The position numbers were made by a program, and so were the translations under genes. From positions 2,790,001 through 2,854,000 of the forward strand of contig CM068757.1 of NCBI GenBank assembly GCA_035084275.1: a DNA stretch of 64,000 bases, given 5' to 3'. The stretch comes from Hydrolagus colliei (lineage: Eukaryota). Shown piece after piece: positions 9,558 to 23,125 of the stretch. Every line of letters starts with the position of its first letter. Position 1 is the stretch's first letter. The notes under the pieces were generated by a model, which had not been told where the DNA came from, made no database searches, and was given only the letters and a program-made list of their open reading frames with translations.

Positions 9558-11699
9558 ATGTTGATCCTCCAGGTTTGTGGTGTATAAAAGCTGGAAAAAA
9601 GTATATTAAATGAAATGAGAGAAGGAATAAAACATGTGGTCTCATTTGAGAAATGTCTTCAGGGAATTTCTAAATACCTGTATTGATATTGTGGTTTCTG
9701 AAAAAAGAACTTTTCTTGAATATGATATATCTAATTTTGGTATATAAAAAAAGGTGTTGTGGGCACTTCAACCAGGATTAACTTATAATGATAAAAAGGA
9801 GGAATACTGGAATAATTCTCTGGAGCAATGTTCTCAAATATGTTTAATTTATATTCATAGTTGCTTTATTAATATTCATAGTCATTTTGCGCCCTGTGAA
9901 AGGAATACCATACCTCAGTACCTGGGTTCTGCATTAACAGGTTTAATCTTGACCTTGCCACAGAATTTTTAGCAATCTTCGTTTGACCTTACCACCTCAC
10001 TGGCTTTAAAATGGCTATGATGTCTAGCAATCGGGAAACGCCTGCATTACTGATTGGATGCTTTAAACCTGACAGGTGCATTACCGAGAGTGCTTGTTCA
10101 TCATTCCACATTATACAGTTTTACTGGAGCACCTAATGTCAAATTCAAATATGAGACAAAAACCTTTCATTCTTTCTTTGTGTTGCAGTCACTGATTTAC
10201 TATCCGTCAATAGCTGAATGTAATCATCTAAGTTCCAATCATCTATAATATTCTCAAGACTGTCTAAAGTTTTAGTTCATGCAATCTCCTTGCTTTAACC
10301 TGCCCTTTCAAAAATACATTTTGATGAAGTGTGGGGTCATCAGTCATTGCGAAGAGAGTGAGAATTCAGTATTCATAATTTGCATACTGAAATAACCTCT
10401 AATATTCTCTTCATGTGGCTGATAAAGATCACAACCCAGACCCCATTTGTGTACTGACTATAAATAATACGGTTGAATTTGTATGAAAGGTACACAATAG
10501 GCTGAATGGGGTTCTTCGGTGCTGCAAACTTTCTATCATTCTAGGTTAAGGAGGACTAAATGAGAATTGATTTCCATTGCAAAATGCCCAAACTAAGAAT
10601 CGGGGACCAAGGCGTGAAGGTTTTACTCTCGGAAAAGATCCTCTAATGCCTACGGTAAGTTTTGCATTCTTTTTGTAAATATGCAGAAGTCATCAACTAG
10701 TAAGGGAGTGTTTGATTTAAAAAGAAAATCTTGTCTTTGGGTGCTATTTATATTGTGTTCATCATTGTTGAAGGCAGTGTGCCAGCAATGACATTCCAAT
10801 TTAGGAAGAAGAACTACATCCATTTGTTTTAACATTCGGGCTGAAACTGTGTTGCCACTTCAGCAATAAAGCTATCTGTAGTGAGAAACCCAATAATACG
10901 AATCCCATGTGGCATGAGGTTTTGGCATTCCATTGAGTGCTTCCTTCAATTACATAACTCCAACCATGTTTTATCAGAATCCATCATTTCTAGTTTGACG
11001 TCAAACTTGATGTTTGTAATTTGCCCAGTGTCAACTTCAATGTAATAAAAAGGTAATATTCCTATCATGTTTAAAATATGGTTAATGTAGTCAGATAATA
11101 AAAATGTGACAATGACAAAGATTTCAGCTTTATTGGTCTGCAAATCAAATGTGGGGGAAAAGTAAAGTTTATTAGCTGCACAACACTCTTAATTATGGAG
11201 CATGATTCTGCTGAAAGCATCTCTAACTCCTGATTCAGCTTGCACCCAAAACAAAACAAAAACATTCTTGTAATCAAGTGAGTTGAGAAATATTCATTGG
11301 ACAAGAAAATGTTGAAGAATATTTTAAATCGCATATAAACACTTGCTTCTTCAAGCAATTCCAAACTTGAAATTAAGCCAATTATAATTACCGTAATGTG
11401 GGAATGCTTGGTACAACAAAATATAAGGCTTTCACCAGAATTACGGACTGGGTTAAACAATTTTTACATCGTGGCACCCTTGCACACTTTCTTTTAATCC
11501 AATTAAAATGTTAATTTCGAGGCTAATTACTTCGCAATTATTTCAAAATATTACTTCAAAAAACGCCTTCTGTCTATTGGTCGTTGAACCCCTTTCAAAG
11601 TGAAAGCTACAACGCCAACAGGGTCTCTTAATAGCCCAAGGTGCCAGAGAACCGTAATCTTATAACATATTCCAGTCATACAATCGCTCGAGTCTGTTC

Positions 11700-11965
11700 T
11701 CTCCCACTGCCCCATTCTGCTAGTAACTCATCCAAGTGATCATTCTTAGTGGGTAAGCCTGGAGAGCAAGGTCCGCAAGCTATTGAACCACGGTGGGAGT
11801 CATCCCGGTTAAGTTCAATCCTATTCATCTCCAACATCTGTGGAAAGTAGTCATGAATAAGCCATGACCTAATTTTCTTTGCCTCCAGATACTCAGGATC
11901 CTGAAGCTGACTACAGCACCTCATGATCTTTGTTACTGTGATCAGCCAATTCAATTTCTAGGCTT
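11700..11965 (-). mobile_element. Ancient SINE-like repeat, family not named
   Basis: ccaagtgatcattctt...gcaagctattgaacc...gatcagccaattca resembles a repeat I recall from shark genomes; a related piece lies at 63335-63480. Confidence 0.4.
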
Positions 11966-13209
11966 TCCACGAGTCTGCGTCGCCTATTATTATCCCCTCC
12001 ACAAGTGGACTTTTAGTCACTGAACTGTCTGTGGTGTAACTTTACATATATTCCCCCTCACAGCCGTGACGAAACATCATGCGAAACAATGAATAACTAA
12101 TATGCACGCGTTGATTATACAATATCCGCAATGCCCAAGTGAGAGTAAAGGGTTGTCTTTGCGTTTTGTAGTTCATGAAATGCACACAGAATACACAATT
12201 GAAACATGAAATAAGCGACTTGACGCTATATCAGATGCAAGGATTAATATTATATTAATGGCAGCACCGAAATGAAATCAGTGAAAACATTCCATTTTGC
12301 CTCCCTCCTGAGATCTGCTTTGCAAATTTGCAGGGCAATGCGGTATGTGACACTTAACACATTCCGTCTGTTGTGAAATGTTGTACTTTTCAACACAATA
12401 GGTCAAAATGGATAGTGCAAAGGTGAAAGAAAGATGATAGTGTCTGAAAATAAAGGGAGATATTTTATAAGGATGTAAGGCTTGAGAAAGGCAGTACATT
12501 GAGCAGCAAGTGGCAGTTAAAGAGTTGAGAATAGCTGGCCTGCACTGTCTTCTTTGCTGCAGTGTGTTCACAGTGTACTTGCTGTTGCCTGAGGCATAGA
12601 TAGCCAGATGAAAGTCAGCCAATGCGTTGAAGCTCTTTTTATATACAGAAGGTTTCAATAAATATTTCATGTAGATAAGCAATCACCCAACTAATTGACA
12701 TAGTCTTTAAATAAATTATGCTTTGTCAAGAGCATCTGCTTCTCCCAGACTTGATGGTAATTACAATAGGAAACTTTCCCCATGACTCTGCAACACTGAA
12801 TGTTTTGAAGTTTAGATTCAAATCTGAAAGGGATATTTTTGCGAAGCAGGTAAAAGTAAAGGCTTTCCCCCACCCCCCCCCGGCTGTTTGCTTTCACATT
12901 TTTAATCATTGTGGAATCGCAATTTGGTTTTGTAGAGTACAGTTGTGGAGTTCCAATTGAATATTGGGATGAATCACAACTACAAATTAATCTGGCAAAT
13001 TCACCATCTGGAGCACATTGATGAGGGAAAGGTGCCAAGCACTGACCAAAAGCCTCTTGCGCGGTAAAGAAAAAATATCAGAACAATCAAAGCAATACTC
13101 CTTGCACTGGTTATAATGCTGTTGGTACCTTCCCTTTAAGAGTTTGGTGAAGATGCTGATTTTTGTCACGTAAAATATTACCAATGTGATCCCCAGAGCA
13201 ACCTCAGCG

Positions 13210-13685
13210 CCCACGGAGAAAGCTCAGCGAAACTTCACAACAATGATATCTGGGACGAAGGAATTATAACTTGAACCAATCGACAAATTGAACCTGTTTT
13301 CACTGGAACAGAGAAATTTGAGTGGAGTTTTAATTGAGCTCCTCACAAGTCTGAGAGGTTTTGAAGGAATAAATCACAAGTTTATTCGCACTGGTTGGTA
13401 ACTAGGGGCATAAATTTAGAATTGTTACTGTAAGAGATGAGGCAAGGTTAGGACAAATGTTAGGACAAATACTTGTCACGGAGGGTTCTAAAATATGAAA
13501 TACTTTGCTGCGAGTGTCTATTGAAGCTACAAAATAAACGTTTTTGAAGAGGAGCAATATAATAGGGTCCAGGGAAAGAGCAGGGAACTGAGATTAGAGT
13601 AGTTACCTCTAGTAGGTGGGCCGCCACCAGCATCAACTCAATAAGCCAAATGGCTTTCTCATTTGTCATTGTCGTTATTCTATGG
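13210..13685 (+). mobile_element. CR1 LINE ORF2 C-terminus and 3' UTR remnant
   Basis: Degenerate translation EKAQRNFTTMISG...DKLNLFSLEQRNLSGVLIE...GFE, matching the CR1 motif E.VQRRFT.MI.G...L.LFSLE.RRLRGDLIE. Confidence 0.75.
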
Positions 13686-14923
13686 TGAATGGCTGGCAGC
13701 TTCTCAAGATCCCAGCCTATTAGATGGAGAATGACATGGAATTGTTGTCTGTGGAAAGCAAACCGACTGAGGTTGAAAAGTGCAGTAACAATTCCCGAGA
13801 GATTGGATGTACAAATATTCGGTTCTTTTATCAAAAGAAAAATCATGTTGTAAATTACTGGTCTAACCTCTTCATTCAAAGCAACCAATTTGCCTGGCAA
13901 ATAGCATATCCTCTAGAGAATAATATTTTTTACCCAAAACATCATTGGAAAAAAAGCTGCAGGAAATGCACACAGAGCAGTACAATACCAGCAGCTGCAC
14001 TGAGTTGGCCGATGGGAAAATTAAATGCAGAGCTTCTCATTACCCACAGTAAGGAATTAGATGAATATTTCAACTGTGCTTCAATATTATTGAATGATAA
14101 TTTTAATTTGAAAATGCATATTTATATCATGGAGGGGAAAAAAGAAAGACTTACGGTATATAGAAATAGATATCAATTCCAACATTTTTCGAAGGTAAAT
14201 GTAATGCAGTGGCTGATTAGTTAGTTAGCAGTTGCTGTATAGGAATTTAATGATTCTTACAACACCAAGAAGAACACATTGAATTTATATAGAACCTTTG
14301 ATGTCGGGAGGATGTCCCAAGGTGCTGGACATTTGAGGGTTTGTACCGGAGATGGGGGTGGGGGGAGTTGGTTTCAAGCGGGGTTGGGAGGCCACCAGGT
14401 AGGCGTGGGAAGATGACCAAAGGCAAGTAACTTAATAGTTCAGTTACAAAATGCCATCATGTATTTAGGTGTGGTGACTGTTTGCTACAATACAGTGTAA
14501 CATTGATATGAATTCCCTTTGTTTCGTGTGCCCAGAGGGAGGAATGGGGGGAACCAGCTTTATAAATTGTGATGATGTGTGACAGTCAGGCTTTTTTTTG
14601 AATAAAACACATGCTTTGCTGTTTCAATCTGGTCACTAATCTAAAGGGCCAGAAAGATTGCACACATGCAAGTGGAATTCTTATCCCCTGAGATCTTGAA
14701 GTCCCGCCCAAATGGTTAACGCTTATTCTGCGCGAATTGTTTTGTGTACTGAATTGATGTGATCACATTGTTAAGTTGCCTTTTTTTTAGAATAATGGAA
14801 AATCCCTCTACTGTACGAAAGCATCCTTTTCATTATCTTTGAGTTGTTTTATTGTTTTATTCTGAGCTCCCCTCCTGTAAGGAAGATACCTGAGACAGAA
14901 CAAAGCAAGGCAGGGGATGGCTT

Positions 14924-15055
14924 GAGTTCTGACAAAGAGTCGTGGAGCCAAAAGGACTCACTTTCCTTTCTCCGTAGATCCTGCCTGACCCGCTGAGTGT
15001 TCCCAGGGATTTTAAAAAATTTATTTTCCAGCATCTGCAGTATTTTGCGTTTTGT
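14924..15055 (+). mobile_element. Penelope-like element terminal repeat remnant
   Basis: ttctgacaaagagtc...tttctccgtagatcctgcctgacccgctgagtgttcccag...ttttccagcatctgcagtattttgc matches the common chondrichthyan Penelope-like terminus as recalled. Confidence 0.6.
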
Positions 15056-16496
15056 TTTGGAGATTACTTATCTGGATAGTCAGTGAGCAGATTCGTATTT
15101 CTATAATACAAAGCTATGTTAGTCACATTATAGTTTCTATTTGAAGTTGGACCCATCTTTGTTTTTCTCAATGAGCTTTCTAAGTAGAGAGCACAATTTA
15201 CGTATAAGCAGCGTCTCCATGTGTCCTAGTCTATAGATTTTCAATGCAGTTGAATGCTTCAATATGGCATTCCAAACCTCCACATGTCTATTTCTACTGT
15301 GAACCAACACTCTGCTGTTGGTCATCTGTGGGACTACCAACCAGGTACCGACCAGGAATGGAGAAAGTAATACCCTAGCACAGAAGAAGCATACTTCAAA
15401 GCATTTAAAAGTTTACAGCAGATAAATAACATAGCAAAGGAATTATATGGGCTTCGAATGATCTCTTTTGATGAAGTATAGGTATATAACTACCGAGCGT
15501 CTCTATCACTCTATCCTGGTCATCTCATAAAGTCTGGCCTTGGTGGGACTGAGAACTGATGGTGCAGTGACAGCCATCAGAAGCATGGTGGTACAGTACT
15601 CTAAAGCAGGAAAGAAATATGAAGATATTATATTGATGAAAAATGTCAATAAACCTTGTGAAACAAAAATGTGAAAGCTGCCAGCTCTGAGAATGATCAC
15701 TGCCTGAGGAATGTGCGGCAACGAGGAAAGAAAAGAATCGTGCCTTCCCGACACGTAACAGAGAGAGAGAGCGAGAGAGAAAGCTGTCGATGCAAAGCTT
15801 TTGGCAGCTTTTGACCTCATTGTCCTGATCTGATTTTACAGTTCTATTACTTTTGCCATGTTGTAAACTGAAGCATATCTGTAGCTGCAGATTTATGCTC
15901 CAATAATAAGTTCCGATGCTGCACTTGCCATTTGTATAAGTTTAAACCAGTCAGCAGATTTTGCAGAGATCGCCAATTTCATGACTCCGTTCGGATCTTG
16001 TGCCCATAAAATTAAGTTATTATCACTGTCAGTGATTCTATTCCTGGTGTAGTCAAATTGCTCGCTTTTTGTGTAAGACTTATCTTCATTCAGTTTTGCT
16101 CGTTCTCCATGGATGCAACCCATTTGTAAGCATGTTTTCGCAGGTGCTAGTTAATGAAACATTTCCAACATTTTGCAGGTACAAATTAGATCCTAACAGA
16201 TGCCTTTGGGACTAACTGCAAATTATATTGTCTGTTTCTCACCATGTAATGAGGATTTCTGGGTACATGACAATTTTTCATCCCCATTGTCTTGATTTCA
16301 TTGTAGTATGTTTCAAAAATCCTTGAAAAGAATTGGCGAGCATCAATCTTGTGATGTTAAAATGTGTTCAAAATAGTGCAGTTAAGGTCGATTCTGTTGG
16401 AAGGATTTCCTGCAAAACACCAATTTACGATGATGACAAATTAGATAGCAATCAACATAGGGTAATATCTTCCATTGTACAATAATGATAATAACA

Positions 16497-16745
16497 CAAT
16501 AATAATAAAAAATCTTTGCATTTTGTATAGTACGCTTTCATGTCAAAACATCTCAAAGTACTTCATAGAATTTTCTGCAAATTATAGAGAATTATTCAAA
16601 AGTGCATTTCTAAGTGAAGGCGGAAGCCAATTTCACACAGCTGTAGCCTCAAACAGCCATGAAGTGAATGCATCCTTCTTCTCTTTGGATGTATTATTAA
16701 CCAAGACTCCAAGCAAAACACCCTAAATTCCTTTTGGAACAGAAA
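16497..16745 (-). mobile_element. Old Deu-type SINE remnant
   Basis: (AAT)n-ctttgcattttgtatag...catctcaaagtacttca...agccaatttcacacagc...aaacagccatgaagtga. Confidence 0.6.
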
Positions 16746-16920
16746 TAAACTCCACTCTGCTGTTAGGAGCATAGTTAGGAGGCTAACTATGGAGGCTAAC
16801 TAACTGGCTAGTTAAGAGGTTGTCCAGTATTTTATTGCACCTTAAAACACAAGGAACCACTGACAGCTACATAGGAACACAATTCTTTCATCCTGTTGGT
16901 TAAAGCCGGGAGCTTTTGAA

Positions 16921-17020
16921 ATAATAATAATAATAATAATCCTTGCATTTGATATAGCACCTGATCACATCTGCAAGATGTCTCAAATTGCTTCATAGAA
17001 AATACAGTAAAGTGAATTTT
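16921..17020 (-). mobile_element. SINE tail fragment
   Basis: (AAT)n-ccttgcatttgatatagcacc...gatgtctcaaattgcttca...gtaaagtgaatt. Confidence 0.8.
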
Positions 17021-19169
17021 TATTTAAGCTCCTTGGTTGTGAAATTCCCACAACTCCTTTTTTTCACTCTAACAAGCACAGGGTTGACTTTGTGTTGACT
17101 TTAGCCCACTTGCCAATTCTTTGCATGTTTTGTCAACCAAATGTCGTCCTTTCAATACTTGGGGCAGTAATTGTTCTCTGACCCTGTCATTTATTTTGAT
17201 TCTGAAGGATTTATTGACCTTTATTATAAATATATAAGGGCATTACATGTCCATACTATTGAGAGTGTAAAATATCTTGAAGGTTCTGCTGACTGGGTGT
17301 ACAACCGGCTGCTATCAATCACATTTACAAGGTGTCAATATTCATTTGGCTCAGATAGCAGTGGCATCTCTAGCAATTGTGGTGAAGGTGTTTGAAGGAG
17401 GGAATCTTAACACAATTTGTCATCCATAGTTATTTAATAGAGATGCCAAACTCCTGAACTATTCTGGGCAGCGTTTTGGACACTTTAGAGATGAGGATTG
17501 GCAGCCGCTGTGGAGAAGAATCCGAATCCCGTTTGGTTAAGGTACAAAGTGGAGTAACCTTGACCTGCAAGAGGAGAAATTAGGCAAATTGTGGTGAGCA
17601 ATCAGGCAAAATCAGGAGATTACCCAACCAGGAACAGATTACATTGCACTAGATATAAACTAATGCCTGGGTTCAGCTGCTGAAATGCATACTTTTACAA
17701 TGCCCCAAGGCTCTGGGTTTCTATTTTCTGCAAAGTTTGGAGTTGAGCAAACTATCCCACCTATTAATTCCTGGCCTCCGAACCTCTTCCAAAAAAACAG
17801 GTTGAGATTCTAAAGAATAATTTATGGTACTTGCCCCCTTAACTGCACCTTCCTGTGAGAACTTTTGATTCCAGTTAAATACCTCATATACTCTTACGCA
17901 AAAAAGACTTTTTGTAATGGCTCATTATGAAACTCCATTAGAAAATCATATCAACAAATGATGTGCACAGTATTGATAAGCCTTTGGAGAATTGTTGGTT
18001 CCCTTCCAGAGCTTTCAGCACACAAGGTTGACTTTGTATTGACTTTAAATGTAATCAATAGCTCTCTGTTCATTTTCAGAAGGATGTCTTATCTTTCATT
18101 TACTTGATCCCGTATATGTGTGTAGAAACCTTACCTTGGAAAAGATAATATGCCAATAGTTCACTGCTTAAAGAAAGATTTACAATACATGTATTTTTCC
18201 TTCTACAGTGTAACCAACACCTGAAAGATCCAAAGAAAACAATGTGTCTTTATTCTGTCTGCTTCATGATTCATGTAAATATAGTTGCAACGAGAAAGGA
18301 TTTCTTCAGTATCAACTGTTGAAAAGAACGATAATATTCTTTCTCCTGTTTTTGCTGCTTTGTGTTTTAAGCAACATGTGTTGTTTACACCATCTGGAGC
18401 CTTGGCTTTGGAGGAGTTATTGAGCCCAATAGTATCATCGAGCTTATTTAGCCTTTGTGGTTGGGATAACTAATCCCGGGCCCTTCAGCAATCTCTGTTG
18501 TTTACACTCTGTCAGCTCAATGTGCTTTTGCTGTCTGCGTCAATATGAAGTTGGCCGTTTGAATAATGTACTCCTCGTAACTCCTGGTTTGGCATACACA
18601 GCACTGAGGTATCGGCCAATTGTGAGTCGATGTGAGTTAACTACCCCCACAAAATCCCTGTTTGTCGATGAAACAAAAGGAACGCAAGGCCCGACAACTG
18701 AGCACAGATGTGGATTTGACCTTTTCTAATACTAAATTGTTTCTGAAAATAAAATATCAAGTGAATTGGGTTGGAGGAAAATACTTACGACTAAATATCC
18801 AACATTTTTTCCAACTCTACGTGAAGCAGATTGAAGTTGACATTCAGTAAAGGGGAATGACATGATGCAGAATGGCAGAGTTAAACCATCGCACTGTGCA
18901 ATAAGACTTTGCTCTGCCTCTTGGCTCGCGATGGGTTTGGACACATTAACTAGTCTGAGGTCTATTCCCAAAAGATGCTATCTGCACTCCTGGTTTTACA
19001 CACAAAAAGTTAAAAATAAAATTAATTGCACTAACTCCTCAATAATTTCTCATTTGAATTTTCTCTTGAATTCAGCTGTTCTACTTTTATGCTAGCTGTT
19101 GCTCTACTTGAATTTCTGGTATTTATGTGCTGTCGACTGCGTATTATTTGATGTACACCATTATTATTA

Positions 19170-19450
19170 CTGGCTCCGGCCTCCTGCTTGTCCCTCGTGT
19201 CCTCCATCCCACTGTTGGTGGCCACACTTCCAGCAACTACCCCCACAAAACTCTGGAACACTCTTTGTCTATCCCTGTACCTTGCCCCTTCCTTCCCCAT
19301 CTTCAGTTCGTGTCTGAGGATCTTCCTCTTCGACCATTCCTAATGTCCCCTCCCACTGGCTTGGTGTTATACTCTAACCACTGTCAAATGCTTTGGGACA
19401 CTACTGTGTGAGAGGGGCACTATACAAATGCAAGGAAGTTGTTGTTATTT
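19170..19450 (+). mobile_element. Degenerate L2 3' end
   Basis: ggcctcctgcttgtccctcgtgtcctccatcccactgttggtggcc...ctctggaacactct...gcactatacaaatgcaaggaagttgttg; homologous to 38704-39163. Confidence 0.75.
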
Positions 19451-22400
19451 GAAGTAATGTGCTCAACACGGCATTTATACTACTGGAAATGAAGCGTTTG
19501 CATTTGTTTTGGAGCTAAGTAGTGAAATGAAGGGTGTGGAGAACCAGTTAAATATTCTTCTTTTCTCATTGTATCGTGCCATTAGAAATCAAGTGTTCAA
19601 TTTTAGAAGATGCTTTTTTCCTTGTGTGTTATTAAAGATCTGGTCATTGAACCAGCTCTTGAATAACAGCAAAAACTTGTCGCTGAAAATTCTCAGGCCA
19701 TTAATTTGACTAGCCAAGGAGTCATGGGGAACCATTCAATATTCAGAACAAATCAACACACTCCTCACATCGACTCAGCCCTAATCCCTACAATTGTGCA
19801 TTTTACAAGCAGCAGATGCTAAAACTACAGACTGTGGAAAGTTGTTCCTTTAGAATCTGCATGCACTGAGCCTTCAAGATCAGAAATTAGTCATCAACAG
19901 TGAAAGGATTAAGAAAAGTTAGATGGAAAATCTAAGCAAGAGATTTGATTGCATTTAGACTAAGCAAGGATAAAATCATCATTTGTATTTTCTCGTGGGA
20001 AAGAAATATATGCATTATATTGAACAGGAAATTGAGAAAAAAAACAGTACAGAAATGTTACCCAGTGTCTTTACCAGAACAGTCAACTCAGATCCAAGGC
20101 AATTGAAACCCCAAATTTTCCAACAGCTCTTCCTGTTACTTTGACATCCCCGCACACCATATTCTATATAAATGGTCAGAGAGACTTTCCAGTCGATAAT
20201 TCAGATTCTATCCTCACTCCCCGCTGCAAAGCCAAGGATCTCGATCCCTCCCTTACCTCCCTCAGCCTTCCTTTCTTTCTTTGTTCAGTCTATATGGCTT
20301 TGAAACCCAACCGTGCTGTCACCAGCCAGCCACTTCTTCTTGACGTGCTCCCTTCAATCTCGTTGGTAGGTTACATTGGGGACCTGACCCTTCGCCCGGC
20401 TTCTCGTCTTAAAAAGTAAAGTTGTGTCAGACCTTCCCAGGTGAAACATTGAAGAATTGTGGTGGAATTTAACAGAAACAATCTGAAAGTAACAAATTCA
20501 ATTTGTAGCTCCAGGAACAGGAATGCAAACTGTGGGAAATGTAAAACAAATGCACCTTGTGTGTGTATATATATATATTCAAAGCTTTTATTCTACATTT
20601 GACCATTTGCATTTGCATCTTTCAATTTTGAATGGCAATGGTTTCGTTACACAGAATCGTGAGGCTCGTCTTCTGAGGGAATCGTATGAAATATAAACGC
20701 ATTCATGACTGACCTATTTCACATCTAATTTAAAATGTAATTGAAGTGTAGATAGTAGCAGGCATCTTGAAACAGGTGATGGCTACGGTATCAATTCAAG
20801 GGTTATATCTTTGAGGGACATTAAGAGCTGCATTTTACAGCACGCTCCATCTCAGAATAAAACATGAGTGATGAGTCATTGCTTTAATATTCCATCTTAA
20901 GGCTCACGATTTGTGTGGAGTAAAAAAAATCCTGTATAGCTGTTAATACTCAGATATTTCTAAACGCATTTAGTTCCACCCAAGTGAATGTATAAGTGCC
21001 AACTACTAATGTCAACAATGTAATAAAAAAAGTATTCTATTTTTTCTCCTAATGCACTTCCTATTCCCTTATGTTAATGGAAATCCCAAAGTTATGCCAT
21101 GTAATTTGGGAAAATATTTTTATATTCTTCTGCCATCCATTTTACACTGAGTAGTTCTGCTTCGCAAGCTGAATGTCTGGATTAGTCTGCTTTTTGTATT
21201 ATTATTTTACTGATCAAAGAAGTGCAGAGCGCTAAAATTGGGAAATAAAATTCAGCAAGTCTTTTCATTGCAGTCTAAAGTGCTTTATGAATTGAGATGA
21301 AATCTGCTGTTACTCCTATTTCTTCAACGCAATTGATGAGTTAACTTATGATTTGTAACAGAAATGACTGCTTGCTTATTGTCCCTGGATGGCAATAATG
21401 GACTTCAACCGGACACTGTACCAACAGAACCATTCTCAAAACTCTCACCTGCGCCACAGCCTCTGTGAGATGAAAGGGTTTATTTTCTCAATATGACTTT
21501 GCCATTAGTTGGCAAAAGCCACAGAAGCAGAAACTATTCCATCCCACGGTCTCGCAGCAGGCTCTCAAACGCTCGCCCTCAGCACTGACAGGCAGCCGTA
21601 GAAATCCAATCCATGACCATCTAAGTGTGGTACAAGCACTCCCCCACTAACAATAGTCAGGATTTAACAGAGAAAGGGATTTGCATTTATTTATCTTTTG
21701 TAAACATATGCAAGCTTGGCGATAATGTCCCACTCTCTCAAATTGAGCTTCTTATCTAACTGGCAGCTAAAATGGGTGGTGATATGAGAAAATGTGTTTT
21801 GACAGGAGGAGGTGTGCAATTTGAATCAGCGGATGACTGTGTCAAAATGTTGCCAAAATAACTGATATAACCCACAGCAGGTGGCCTGATAAGAGAAAGG
21901 ATCAGCCACATTGAAGCTTTTATACACCTCAATCCTTGAATAAAACTCTATTTGCACAACCAATAGAACTCAACCATGTTCATCGCAGACAGAACTATCT
22001 TCAGAAAGAGCCGACAGACACGTCCTGGCCATCAAGTCATTACAACTCCCAGCATTCGGGCTGATGGTAATCATATGTTTTGCTTTGTGGTACTGTAGTG
22101 ACTGTACAATTGTGATGCGTTCTGAGACGTGAGCCTTCATGAAGGCTGTTACAGAAACACAAGTAGTTTTTTTTTGTTGTTGCAAGTAATTGATTGGGGT
22201 TTCCATGCTCCACCAATATTTCATTGCCATCCATGAAATGGCCATAGTTAACCTTTGGTTGCCACACACCAGCAATGGCATTTATGGTGTTATAGCTTGC
22301 TCTGTTCCTTTCAATATTTGGCTATTTGAAGACGTTTCAGAGCCCTTGAGGAGGGTAGATGGCTGCACTATTTGTACTTTCTTTCTCAGCAACTTTAATT

Positions 22401-22904
22401 GACTTAGTTCCTTCTAATAAACTGGAGGCCATTTTCTTGTGGGGTTTTTTCCCAATATATTTTTTCAAAGAATTGACTGCAGCCTTTATTTTCATTGAGA
22501 AGTACCAGGATAATTAGATTACACAAGTGAACCAAATAGATTGGACTATTGTTCGGAGTGTGAATGACTTTGATTTTGTGTGGCATGTACTCTGTTTTCT
22601 TTCATATTTGTGGCAACCTGCAGCATTGATTAAACCAACACTTAAGAAATCTAATTTGCCCGAAATGATACTTCGGTTCGAATATAGCAATGTTACTTTA
22701 GTTTGAAAGCCAGCTCAGAACCAAACGTCAAGACAATTATGGTGTACCCAAAGAAAAAAAAAGTCGGAAATCGAACAACTTCAAACCAATCAAAACCTGA
22801 AGGGCTTGTCTGTGTTGGGCTTAGTCTGACATGTATCAACTGTAGCTGAGCAATAAGAAACCAGTTTCATTGCCAATCCTACTGATTTGATTCTGAATTC
22901 AGTC

Positions 22905-23125
22905 ACCTCACTCTCTGGAATTCTCTACCCCGATTCCTCCACCTCATTCCTTTTGTACCTTGTCTTTAAATCCCACTTTAGATCCAATCTCCTTGATTTT
23001 GCCTGTGGTCATCTTTCCCTGCCCTCCCCCTTTTCCCTTGCTCAGGGTCAGATCCCAGTGCCGTGAAGTGCTCTGAAACTTCATCGCATGTGACAGCACA
23101 ATATAAATGCAATTTACTTTTGTTG
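22905..23125 (+). mobile_element. Degenerate L2 3' end
   Basis: ctctggaattctctacccc...ctccacctc...gtgaagtgctctgaaac...atataaatgcaatttacttttgttg. Confidence 0.65.

Noticed and set aside
21872-21890. CTCF-like motif ACAGCAGGTGGCC (similar at 6192 and 14392)
   Set aside because: Partial matches only, as expected by chance in 64 kb.
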